NCBI RefSeq assembly: GCF_006345805.1
Contig: NC_043005.1
Coordinates: 85,870,001-85,934,000 of the forward strand
Length of the DNA stretch: 64,000 bases
Direction of reading: 5' to 3'
From: Octopus sinensis
Lineage: Eukaryota
Below the pieces are notes generated by a model that was not told the origin of the DNA, did no database searches, and was given only the letters and a program-made list of their open reading frames with translations. Both the position numbers and the translations under genes were made by a program. The stretch's first letter is position 1; each line of letters starts with the position of its first letter. Of the stretch, positions 14,561-27,505 are shown piece by piece.

Positions 14561-14864
14561 TAATGTCGGCGTTGCTTTGACCTCTCCTGTATATTAACAA
14601 TATTTTATACGTCCCTCTAAATTAATAAGCTCTAAGTGGAAACCTTTACAAAGACCTACAAATTGATACCTTCGGAAAATCAGGGTTCCAATTTAAACAG
14701 CCCAATAATGTAAAATATTTATTCCAAATCATTATAAATGGGATATCTTTGGCCTAATCCCCTCTCGTAGAATCCTTAATGGTAACTAAATCTATTAATA
14801 TCCATCATAATAATAGTAGTTAATGATAATGTGGTTAGTATTACAAACGAAAATAAGTGGTGCG

Positions 14865-15115
14865 CTGGTAGAAGCGTTATCACACCTGATAAAATGTTTA
14901 GTAGTCTTTACGTTCTTAGTTCAAACGCTACGAGGTCGACCTTTTCATATTTTCGGGCTCGGTCAAAGAAGAAGTATTTGAGCCACAGGGGTCAGTGTAA
15001 TCCTGGAGATAGCTGGTCTTGAGCCCGGATTTGAAATCACTAGGTCGAACGGCATCGATAAAACAGATACCTGTTACTCACAGGGATCAATATAATCGAT
15101 CAGTCTTCTTCCGCA
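14865..15115 (+). mobile_element. Degenerate S1-type SINE
   Basis: GCTGGTAGAAGCGTTA head and GAGGTCGACCTTTTCAT body. Confidence 0.65.
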
Positions 15116-15802
15116 TCATATCATGGAAATGGTTATTACAAATGTAGTGATGCCACTACATAATGAATCGATGAATTACAGAATTAATTATTTCAAAACG
15201 ATCTTGAACCAATACTTCGGAAAGAAGTTTGAAATTTGTGTTCCAGACATCTTTGTCATAATTCGTCTTACCCAAATCATCGTGGATTTGATTCAACGAT
15301 AACTTTCAACAAAAGCATTGTCAAGAACACACACTTCTAAAATAAACGGTCTAATAAAAATAAACACGCACAACCATTTCAGCGTCTTCAAACATTATTA
15401 TTTCAAATCCTGTTGCTAGCGATTATCAGTCGCCCGCCATTTCAAGAGAAAACCAAACGGAATCGGGAAGACGCAGATCGAATAAAGATTTTTTTCCCGG
15501 TCGGTTGTGCTCTTATTATTCCTTATCTAAACAGATCAATTCGGCAATTTATTGTCATATGATAAATTAGACTTACAGTTCTATATTAAGAGACAAGGAA
15601 TTATGTACATTATTTACATTATTTAGATTATTTACATTCGATGTCATTTGTTCTCATCTTGTTTGTTGTTAACATATGACACAGCCTTACCCCAAATCAA
15701 ATATAACGCATCATCAGCTGCCCCACGGATATCATTATGGTTTCGACACCTGGGCAGTACCACTCAATTTAGCGGCGTCAATATATATATGTATATATAT
15801 AC

Positions 15803-15888
<86 letters not shown>

Positions 15889-15899
15889 TTATTACTATA

Positions 15900-15962
<63 letters not shown>

Positions 15963-15984
15963 ATGAAAATTGTCAAAAGTAAAA

Positions 15985-16925
15985 GAGTGACTCAAGTGCC
16001 GATCCATAATTCAATCTATAGCTTCTCTCGTCATCAAACATGCTACATTGAAAATCTTTGCAGATGATTCCAAACTCCAGAAAGCCATAAACGGCATGGG
16101 AGACCGAACAGGCCTTCAGTCATGTCTGTTTGCTATTGTTAAATGGCGGAGAAAAGAATATGCTTCTAGAAAGTTTGATTTGATCCACTTTGGAAAAGAG
16201 GAAACTCTGAAATTACCATGTGCTCTTCCCTAGGGTGACTCGCTAACGTCATCCAACAATACCGGAGACTTTGGAGTAATTGTTGATAACAATCTAAGCC
16301 GGAGTTCCCACGTAAACAGTAAGGTTGACTTGGGTCACAGAGATGCCTACACCATTATACTTTTCTATCCTACTTTTGCCCGACCTCACCTTGAATACTG
16401 TTACCCACTGTGAACCACCCATACGAACAACTCATGAAAGTGGTAGTACTCCAGAGGTCAATGGCAAGAACGATAGACAGCATGAGAGGCATTGATTATT
16501 GGGGTCGATTGAAAAATCTCACTTCCTACTCTCTCCAACGCCGCCGGGAGTGCTGCATCATTTGTGTGCTGTGGAAAATATTCCATCAATATGGCACAAA
16601 TGATGTTCGCATCAATTTAAAATTTTAAATTCTATCCGCCCACTAAAAAAAATCAAACCTTAACCGGTCCAGCTCTCTTTAATACAATACGAAAAATCCG
16701 TCTAAACGGAAACAGATCCTATAAGATTCAAAAGTTCAAAGGACATATATCTTCAAAAAATCCCGGAACAACGTTCTACACCCGGATATGTCTCCAACAA
16801 TAATAACTCTTTGCTAGAATGGGCTATGGTGCTCCATAGATGACTAAAAGACTTCACCAGGTGGTGCTATTAAGTTAGTCTTGGCCTGGGTCTATACTTG
16901 CTGAAACCTATCAAAGTTAAAGTTA
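15985..16925 (+). mobile_element. CR1-type LINE, 3' part of ORF2 plus 3' UTR
   Basis: KIFADDSKL (RT catalytic FADD), GDFGVIVDNNL, HLEYC, DYWGRLK..YSLQRRRE; 3' end CAGGTGGTGC..CCTGGG..CTGAAACC shared with 56450-56500. Confidence 0.9.
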
Positions 16926-17064
16926 TATATACTCATATTTCGAATTTTGTTTTTCCTGTTCTGCTAGCATCACCAAACATATGAACATAATATATCGCGT
17001 TTTACATTACTTCCCTTTGTATACATATGTACATTCATACATAGACGTATATATGTACGAATGT

Positions 17065-17640
17065 GACGCCAAAGCGGGGGAAACCTCGGCAGGCCGAAGA
17101 CAGAAAATGGGAGGTGTTCGTAGACAAGCCATTGCCTGAAAGCATCGTTGTGTCAGCACTCCGGCCCGACCTGGTTTTGGTAGATGATGGTAAGAAGTGT
17201 GTGATCCTTGGGTAGGTTACTATGCCATGGGAGGAGAGCATTGCCGAGGCCCATGAGCGGAAGCTGTTGGGCTATGAAGAGCTGGTCATTGAGATTCAGA
17301 AGTAGGGTTATATCTGTGAACTGGTTGAGTTCGAGGTCGGCTGCAGGGGTTTTCCAGCAGCTTCTCTCAGAATGTTTCTTAAGGTGGCTGGTTATCTACT
17401 ATGATGAAGGCCGTCAAGGAATGTGGGGAGAAAGCAGTTGAGGTTAGCGGTTGGATAACCAGGAGGTTTATGAATGCGTATACGGCCGCAGAACGGGTTG
17501 CAATGCAATAGGTCCAGCTGATACGGGCCCACCGTGTGGGGAGATAGTGAGCTTAATGGGCCGAAATCTTGTCGAAGCACGGTACTCAACTGATGATCGC
17601 AGCAGGACGAGAAATGGAGCACTAGGTGTTTTCTTCTACT
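17065..17640 (+). mobile_element. HERO-like RLE non-LTR retrotransposon 3' fragment (PD-(D/E)xK endonuclease)
   Basis: LRPDLVL..K.VILG*VTMPWEE.IAEAHERKL.GYE.LV.E..G..VEFEVGCRGF in one frame with two stops; not in the ORF track. Confidence 0.85.
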
Positions 17641-17689
17641 ATATATATATATATATGTACACATCACACATGCATGCACACACATATAG

Positions 17690-17769
<80 letters not shown>

Positions 17770-18872
17770 TTACATATATATGCACATGCAAACACATAAA
17801 CGATGCCAAACACACGTCCAAAGAGATTTCACTAAGTTTCCGCCTGCGTAATTTTAATCAGCTTGTTTCGGTCGACTCAAATCTGTAGAAAGTAACTATT
17901 TCTCTGGCGTGGTTTGACAGGCCATTCGATCTCGAAAATACATAATTACCATGCGACGTTGTCCACTACACTAATAATTGAAAACAAAATATTCATGCAA
18001 TATACAGCACAGCTATTCATTAAGATCTTTTCATTGAACGAAATTAAATCATATATTTTAATTTAGTGTCATGATCTCGAACAATTGATATAGATTCAGT
18101 TTTGTTCTTTAAAATTAAGAATAGTGTTGCCGCTCACAGAGTTCATTTTTGAAGTGTGTTTAATCAAAGACTATATCACAACAAATAAAAAATACAGAAG
18201 AAAACTTTTTAATTTGTTTAACTAAACCGTCTGGAAATACGGATATGTATAATGCTTGAGGTCATCGATTCTTTAGAAATGGTAGAGAGACTGATGAAGT
18301 GGCGCGTATTTCGCTTTGATTTCAGCGCCGTACGTTCGATGAAGTGAACACTCGTGGTGTAGTGGTTACGATATTCTGCTCTTGATCTTACGATCGTGGT
18401 TTCGATTCCCCAAGTGGGAGGCGTGCAGTTTTCTTGAGCAAAACACTTTATCATACATACATACATACTCACTTCCTCACCTCATTTTACATGTTCCTGT
18501 ACATTTTGGAGCCAATCCGACCCCATCTAGTGCCCCTTAATCCGTTCCGATCCCAAAATGAGACAATCTACCTTTTCGCATTTCAGGTTTATAGATATTA
18601 ATAATATACAAGGTTACATCTGTCAATATGTGTGTATATCTGTATGTGTTCACTGCTTACATTTTCATATAAGATATGTTGAAAAAAAATATCTAAATAC
18701 TTATAAGACAAAGAAAGATTAGGGTAGTTATCAGACTTTATATAGAAAGTTAAAACGAAACAAGATGTTTGTACTTTTCGTTGTTTAAGGGGAATTAATG
18801 ATATTTTTTCTGTTTAAATCTTATAAGTACTTCAATATTTTAATACGTGATATATTTAACCTATTTTTTTAG

Positions 18873-19107
18873 ATACAGCTGCTGCATATAAGATCTGGAA
18901 TTTAGTATCATGATACTAAAAAGTTATTGAGATGTGTGAGTTATCTTTTGTTAATACAGCGTATATTTTATTCAGGAATTGATACATGAAACATTTTTAA
19001 AAACGAATATTCATTTCATGTTATCCTCATGTTATTATCTTGATAATAAATTGTACAGAGTCTTTCGCTGCAAAGATAAGAATGTCAGATGTGTGCCACA
19101 TCACTAA
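18873..19107 (+). CDS. Very tentative exon pair (18873-18935, 18976-19107) for a short Cys-containing peptide, possibly pseudogenic
   Basis: TTTTTTTAG acceptor, GT|GTGAGT donor, TTTTATTCAG acceptor and 43 open codons; needs a 40-nt intron and a frameshift or alternative acceptor. Confidence 0.15.
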
Positions 19108-19198
19108 AGTGTTCAAATACAATATACATATTACTGCTTTAAGAAGCTAGAGCATATACATACATATATATAGATGTGTGTGTGCGAGTGTGTGTGGG

Positions 19199-19229
<31 letters not shown>

Positions 19230-19364
19230 TGAGTATGAATGACCGATAAATAAATAGATAGATAGGTAGTGTTGTCACCATATCAGCAAAATATTTTTTA
19301 CTTAAAACGAAGGAGGTATTATAAGTGCAAGCCTGTCAAGACGTCACACTTAAAAAGTGAAGAT

Positions 19365-21130
19365 TGTATGTATGTTTTTGTCAGAGCACCCTCGTCAGTA
19401 GTGGTCTGCGCTTCATCCGTCTCATTCCATCCAGCAACGAAGTTCAGATTCGTGCCGATATCCACAGCTTCGTGCCCCGTGTTAGGCTGTGTGCGCTTTT
19501 CTGCAATACTCCACCTGATCTAACGAGGAGGACTGCTTCCCCGACCTGGGTCGCCGACCATCCCTGTGGACGTCAGCTCCTAGCCAGATCCAAGCAGTCG
19601 ATTTTTTTGCCGGCGCCTGCCAGCGCGCTGTAGACTGGTTTAACTTTTCCAGGAGTCACCCCCAGCCGAACTCTCGGCTCTTCGATGTCTCCAACACCGC
19701 ACTAACATCATCATAAAACCAGTCGACAAGGGTGGAACCGTGGCGGTGTGGCGTGCGGATCTCTACAAGGAAGAAGCTCTCCGCCAACTTCAAGACACCT
19801 CTTTCTACTGCCCTCTGCCCTCTAACCCCACGTCAATCTACCAACAGACAGTGTCCTCCACTATCCATGACCTCATCTCCTCCTCTCTTCCGCCCACCGC
19901 TTCCAACATCATTGTCCGCACCCTCGCACCCCCACTATTTACGTCCTCCCCAAAATTCACAAACCTAGCAACCCTGGCCTCTCCATCATCTCCGCCTGCA
20001 AATGCCCCACCGAGCTCATTTCTAGATATCTTGACCGTGTTCTTGCCCTCCTAGTGGCTTCCCACCCCTGTCAATCCATGTCACCAGCCACGCACTTCGC
20101 TTGTTCAACTCTTTCTCCTTCCATCCTGGCCCCCCTAAACTTCTCTTCATTCTCGACATTCAGAGCCTTCACACGGTGATCCCTCACCACGTGCGATCCA
20201 AAATTTCCTTGACCTTCGACCCAACCCCCAACCCGACACATCCACACTCGTTCGCTCGTGATTTTTAACAGTAAAATCTCGGGAGTGGACATGGGAACGA
20301 GAATGGACCCCAACTATGCGAACCTGTTCGTTGGCTATGTTGAGGCCCAAATATTGTTTCATTTGTCCCACTCCCGAACTATATGGCCATTGTATTGACG
20401 ACTATATCTGTGGGACCTCACTCTCCCACGAACAACTAGACCCCTTCCTCTCTTTTTTCAAATCTTTCCATCATCCCCTCCACTTCTGCACTATCTCTGA
20501 TACCTCTGTCTACTTTCTTGACATTTCGATCAGCATTCATCACTCCACTCTCAACACCTCCACTCTCTACAAACACACAGACTCACACTCATACCTCAAA
20601 TTCACCTCCTCCCACCCTAGGCACACCAAGCTTTCCATCCCCTATTCCCAATTCCCCCGTCTACGCAGGCTCTGTAGTGACGACACGACTGAGACTCAGT
20701 CTCAACTCATGGCACACCACTTCATGCTACGTAGATATCTCCTCACCACTATCCGCACTACCCTTGCCAGAGCCCGTCCCATGGACCGTGCATCTGCTCT
20801 CTACCCCCATCCGCCCCACCGTCTCCTGTTTCCCGATTTTCCTCATCTACCACCCCACCACCCCACCTCTCCAACGCATCATTCTCCGAGCCTTCCGGAG
20901 ACTCCAGTTCTCTATACATCGGGCAAACAGGACTTTGCTTGGTTAACCGGTTCGCGGGACACCTCATAGACATCCGACTCGGCAATGACACCTCGGCCTC
21001 TCGCCATTTCCGCTCTACCGGTCACTCTTTGCAACACCTGTCCGTGTTCGGATTGTTCTTGCACAGAAGCCATCTGGACTCCCGTTTGCGCCGTGAACAG
21101 GCATTAATTTTCTCTCTTCCCTCCTTTACT
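19365..21130 (+). mobile_element. Penelope-like element, degenerate RT and GIY-YIG endonuclease with internal deletion
   Basis: DKGGTVAVWRADLY, MGTRMDPNYANLFVGYVE, CIDD (YIDD-like), FLDISI..LYKHTDSHSYL..SSHP..SIPYSQ..RLRRLCS, then LYIGQTG..RF.GHL..IR..HF..H..EQALIF. Confidence 0.92.
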
Positions 21131-21699
21131 CCACGTGCTCATCTGTCCTCTCCTCTTCATCTAACCTCCTCCCCACTCCTGTATCTCCCTCACACCTACT
21201 TCCTCCCATCCACCTCTCCTTTCTTGCTCCGACTCCTACTTCTTTTCATTCCTACCCACCTTCTCCCTTCCCATTCATCGTCACCCCTCGTTCGTAACCC
21301 CCACTCCTACACAATCTATCCCCACTTTCTCTATCCATCCCACCCCACCATATCTCTTACACCCACTCGCACATAGCCCACCTCTATCGCCACCCTCAGC
21401 TTAACCCACACTCCACCCTTGGTTTCCTGGCTCTCGCTCGCCCACCTCCCAACACCATCACACCACACCACACACCATTACACCATACACCACCATACCA
21501 CACAACACCACATTACATCACATCACACCACCACGTACACACTGGCACTGACCACTTCCCAGCCCAACATCCATACACCTACACATATACACACGCACAC
21601 ATCAAGGTCAACAGCCCTCTTCCACACGCACATACATACTATCTCATAGACACACACGTGCACTTTCGTTTATTATCTCCCCTTCTTCCTAGCTCTCCT

Positions 21700-21900
21700 G
21701 TGTGACCCCACTGTCCGGCATTCGCCATAGATCGCTAACCACTACACATTCTTTATTCTCTCTCCATCTTTCTTTCTGTGTTCCTTTCTATGGAAGAGCG
21801 TAGATTCGAAACGTTAAAGATTTCTTCACTTCCCGAGCGTTAAGCTAATACATTTGTGTTTGTTGTCTTCACCACCTGCCTTCGTCTTTTCTTTTTTTTT
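21700..21900 (+). mobile_element. Penelope-type terminal-repeat family F4 (other copies 27520-27680, 33110-33310, 48600-48830)
   Basis: Shared GAAGAGCGTAGGCTCGAAACGT(A/T)AAAGA..CTAATACAT..TTGTTTG..TCTTCGTCTTTT; this copy lies downstream of the Penelope ORF. Confidence 0.75.
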
Positions 21901-21959
21901 TGGAATTCTGCCTATATGTATATAGTAATTATTTTGGTTGTTTGTTTCTCAATGTGTGG

Positions 21960-22640
21960 GTGGGTGGGGGCGTTTCTGTGTCGTTTAACATACAAGCAAT
22001 GCAAAGCAGACTTTAAAAAAGACTTTCAATTTGAATAGACGCGGAAGAAAAAGTTGTTGTTGAGAGATATATACAATGCGAGAGAGATAAGGAAAGGGAT
22101 AGAGTAATAGAGAGAGAGATTGAGAGAGAGCGAGGGAGAAAGAGAGAGGGAACAAGGGAGAGAGAATGTGTGTGTGTGTGTGTGTGTTAAAGGGAGTTAG
22201 ACATATAGTATTGTCATTATAGTAACCCACAAGTTTTGATTAAAAGCGCAGGAATTTTAAGTGCAACGCGTTTCAAAAGGACTATATGTGTGTGTGTGTA
22301 TAATGTATATGCTTGCTTTTGCTTCGTTTGTGTGTGCGTGTGTGTGTGTTTCTGGGTCTTTCAACATACATGTAACGCAACAGAGACTTTAATAAAGACT
22401 TTCACTTTGAATAGAAGACGAAGAGGAGAAAAGTTGCTGTCCAGAATGAAATACAGTGAGTGAGGGAGAGAGAGAGAGAGAGAAGGAGAGACAGAAAGAA
22501 GAGGAGAGAGAAAGAAAGAGCGAGATAGAGAGAAAGTGTGAGAATGGGGTGAAGGATAGATTAGTAATGCTGTCACCATAGTTATTGACAAGTTTTGATT
22601 AAAAACGCGGGTATTTTAAGGCAAATCTGTCACTACAGCA
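21960..22640. repeat. Diverged tandem duplication, period about 376 bp, with internal (GA)n and (GT)n
   Basis: AACATACA..AGACTTTAA.AAAGACTTTCA.TTTGAATAGA and ACAAGTTTTGATTAAAA.CGC occur in both units. Confidence 0.85.
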
Positions 22641-22764
22641 CAACACAGACTTCTTAAATAGGCTATATATATAGATATATATATATACATATATATATGT
22701 ATATATATCTGTAAATGTAATATGCGACAATTATTCGGTAGCCATGATGAAACTCCGATTTCCG

Positions 22765-22825
22765 GATAAGTGAAGAGATGGCGGCGTGGATTTCCACCTC
22801 CGCATCCGAAACTCGGAGTTTTATC
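22765..22825 (+). ncRNA. Type I hammerhead-ribozyme-like motif, C3 mutated to G
   Basis: Stem I GATAA/TTATC, core gTGAAGA, long stem II, GAAA, stem III ACT/AGT, GUU site. Confidence 0.55.
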
Positions 22826-23029
22826 ATGGCTACCGAATAATTGTCACATATTACAGATAAACGTCATATTTACAGATAAATTCCTCTATTTACATAATAT
22901 CGAGGTCTCTTTCTTTCTTTTGTTGTCTTACCATTTTTATCAGTATATATGTATCACTGTGATCACCGTGACCGACCAGGCTATCAGATGTTGCTACACA
23001 TCGCTGGTCATAATGCGCTTTGCATTGTC

Positions 23030-23298
23030 TTTTAGCCTTCAAGTGACCCCACCCCGCTGGCTAAGCGAGCAGGCCAATAGAAGAAAGCGCGAGAGAAAGT
23101 TGTGGCGAAAGAGTTCAGCAGGGATCGCCACCACCTCTTGCCGGAGCCTACGAGGCTCCGGCAAGAGATGGAGACGCATTGTGCAACAAGCTTTATGTGT
23201 TTTCGCTTAATAAACACTCATATCGTCCGGTCTGGGAATCGAAACTGCGATCCTATAACCGTGAGTCCACTGCCCTTACCACTGGGCCATTGCGCTTC

Positions 23299-23300
<2 letters not shown>
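23030..23300 (-). mobile_element. S4 SINE carrying a templated insertion
   Basis: Reverse tRNA head GGGAATCGAAAC..CACTGGGCCATTGCGC; insertion at 23150-23189. Confidence 0.8.
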
Positions 23301-23331
<31 letters not shown>

Positions 23332-23357
23332 GAAACTAATTTTGGGGTGGGCCTTTA

Positions 23358-23396
<39 letters not shown>

Positions 23397-23547
23397 CTTT
23401 CAACATATTCAGAACAAAGTAACAAAGTCCTCACAAAATTATTTACACTTAGAACAATTTATGAAGGCACGTGCTTGACTAGCAAATTTTTTAACCGGCA
23501 GCATAGCAACGAAGCCGACATAGTGTGAACATAATTATAGACTCCTA

Positions 23548-23970
23548 TACTCTCTTTTACTCTTTACTCGTTAACTTGTTTCAGTCATTTGACTGCGGCC
23601 ATGCTGGAGCACCGCCTTTAGTCGAGCAAATCGACCCCGGGACTTATTCTTTGTAAGCCCAGTACTTATTCTATCGGTCTCTTTTGCCGAACCGCTAAGT
23701 AACGGGGACACAAACACACCAGCATCGGTTGTCAAGCAATGCTAGGGGGACAAACACAGACACACAAACACACACAGACACACATATATATATATATATA
23801 TACATATATACGACAGGCTTCTTTCAGTTTCCGTCTACCAAATCCACTCACAAGGCTTTGGTAGGCCCGAGGCTATAGTAGAAGACACTTGCCCAAGGTG
23901 CCACGCAGTGGGACTGAACTCGGAACCATGTGGTTGGTAAACAAGCTACTTACCACACAGCCACTTCTGC
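23548..23970 (-). mobile_element. Complete bipartite SINE (S2 head, internal AT/GT microsatellite, S3 tail with TAAAAGAG repeats)
   Basis: Same arrangement at 56690-57065; parts at 8620-8770, 26455-26590, 33518-33680, 34415-34700 and 53590-53850. Confidence 0.8.
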
Positions 23971-24979
23971 GCCTGGTGCAGCTATCATGTGATTATGCTG
24001 CAATTACAGTGCAATTAAAGTCACAACGTTTCAGCGGTTGTCCACTGCGCTCAATTTTGAGATACCTTGTAATATTACTACTACAGACGGACGTATCTAT
24101 TACGATCTTACCCTATTCTTACACACTCGATGAACCTGTTCTTTGGTGCATCTAGAATTTCGTAGCATACTTAAGCAGTTAAATAAGATGTAGGCAATGA
24201 TAAAAGAATCAACAGGTTTACTAATATACTTATCAGAGTCTAAAGTGATTTCAAACTATTATAGATAGGAGACGCTGTCAGCAATATCCAATGAGATGTG
24301 GCAAGTTGAAATATTACTATCAAAACTATATTCCTAGGTTTCAGCAATTTCTTATCGGCTGTCATCCTGTCAGCGATAACGATATGTAGGATTGAATAAT
24401 CAATGTCGGGTCAGAAAAGACAGAAAGTTCTGTCAAAGAATGCATGATAGGAAGTTTAAATTCCAATGTATTTTTCGTCAGGAAGTAAAATGACGCAGAT
24501 GCTATTACATAACACATGTAGATGACGATTATCTTAATGTAAACAAGAATGTGACAGCAAAGATAGAAATAATTGAAACGAAAATTCTCTTCCTTAAATA
24601 CTAGATTAAATAGAAGGAAAACCACACTCTTTAAAGTATACATTGGAAGACAATCTTAAAGATGTATATAAGGCTTTACGTGTTATGATTATATCAATTG
24701 ATAATATAACCACAAAGGAAATATTAGGCACATCTTTAAAGCAAAATAATAGGTGTTTAGTGGAGTATGTGATAATAACGGAAGAATTGTAGTATCTGGT
24801 TTGATGGTTCTTTCAGACTACATCTGCAAATGGAAAAGTCTTGGTAATAACATTATTGAACACCTTGCTTTCTGCTTTTGACTTAAAGCACTGTCAAACA
24901 CCAGATGTCTTGAGCACATTCTCAAAGACTCTATTCTTCAATGGAGTAATTCAGCATTTTTATAATTTTTTTATGAGCC

Positions 24980-25262
24980 CTTTTCAAGCTTAGCCAGGCT
25001 CATGCGCCCGGTTTCCCTGTTTCTGTGGCCTATGTTTCTTCCCAGCTAGACGGGACGCCTGTCCATCGCAGCGTTACTCAAGAAACAGGAAGAAAGAGTG
25101 AAAGAAAGTTGTGGCGAGAAAGTACAACAGGGGTCGCCACCACTCCCTGCCGGAGCCTCGTGGAGCTTTTAAGTGTTTTCGCTCAATAAACACACACGAC
25201 GCACGGTCTGGGAATCGAAACCGCCATCCTCCGACCGCGACTCCACTGCATTGAGGCTCGCA
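24980..25262 (-). mobile_element. S4 SINE
   Basis: CCGGAGCCTCGTGGAGCTTT..CTGGGAATCGAAACCGC consensus. Confidence 0.8.
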
Positions 25263-25318
25263 CATGACTTGATTATCACGGTACAACTCCAGCAATTAGA
25301 ACTGAAGAGATAAAAATA

Positions 25319-25879
25319 TTGGGTTGTCCGGAAAGTTCGTGCCGATTTATAGTAGCTTAAATTTCGACTTATTTTAGAACATGGTTGACTCTATAAAATA
25401 GGATTTGACTACACCTCCATTTAGAGCACAGTTTAAGCTATCTTTTCATGGAAGAAGTTTTATGTTCCTATAACCTGTATTAATTCTGTAACCCTTTAAA
25501 ATGAAAGATAAGAAAGTTCATTTTCGGCACTTGATGCTTTGGGAACCAGACAAAAATTGTTGCAGCTCGGCTGGGATGTATTACTCCACCCTCCATATTC
25601 ACCAGATACTGCTCCATCGGATTTCTACATATTCAGGCCTCTGCAGAATAGTCTTGATGGTGAAAATTTCAATTCCTTGGATGACGTAAAAAGATACCTT
25701 GATGAATTTTTTGCCATGAAACCACCTCAGTTCTGGGAAGAGGGCATTTTCAAGTTAAAGGAAAGATGGAGACGCATTGTGCAACAAAATGGTTCATATT
25801 TGGTTGACTAAAAAGGTAATTTATTTATTGACCTTTTCCTTTCTTTTAAAAATCGGCACCAACTTTCTGGACAACACAA
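25319..25879 (+). mobile_element. Internally deleted mariner element with both TIRs and TA target duplication
   Basis: TA|TTGGGTTGTCCGGAAAGTTCGTGCCGATTT ... AAATCGGCACCAACTTTCTGGACAACACAA|TA; MKDKKVHFRHLMLWE joined out of frame to the C-terminus with HPPYSPDTAPSDF. Confidence 0.93.
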
Positions 25880-26619
25880 TAATAGGTAGGTCTTGCGTTA
25901 CACGATGATGGTGCAATCCAGCAAAACAGTAATATCGACTAGAAGATTCTAATAAACATAAATTAAATTTACTTCTTTCTTGCTGTTTCACTGAGATAGA
26001 AATTTCAATTTAGTTTACAACAAAGTGAGAGGAACGAGGAATACATTCATCACAAATTACTTAAATCTGTGAGTTATAAACTGTCACCAGATGGAAAGGA
26101 ATCTTTTCAGTGTTACCAAACAGTTTAGCAATAAAGGAAAATAAGTGACGAGATCAATGAACAGTTTCTGCAGCAAAAATACATAAGACTTGAATAAAAA
26201 CGAAAGCAATATAATCGGTGCAAAACTATGATATGTAATTCCAAGTGAAAATTCTACAAATATGATATGGCTGTAAATAAAACTCCCATATCTCTTGACT
26301 TAAGGCATCAACGGAAGTGCAGATTGAGATATAGAATATTGGTTTTAGGTCAGCAAAATGTAAACTCCAAGAAAAATAGGCACAGGAATGGCTATAGGTT
26401 TGACCCCACACCATGGCTTGAGAAACGGTGTTGGTATGTTTATGACACCATAAATTAACGGTTCGGCTAAAGTATCCTATAGAATAAGTACTAGGCTTAC
26501 AAACAATAAGTCTTCGGGACGATTTGTTCGACTAAAAGCAGAGCTCCAGCATGGCTCCAGTCAAGTGACTGAAACAAATAAAAGAATAAAAGAATAAGTA
26601 ATGTAAACATGTCTTTATA

Positions 26620-27505
<886 letters not shown>

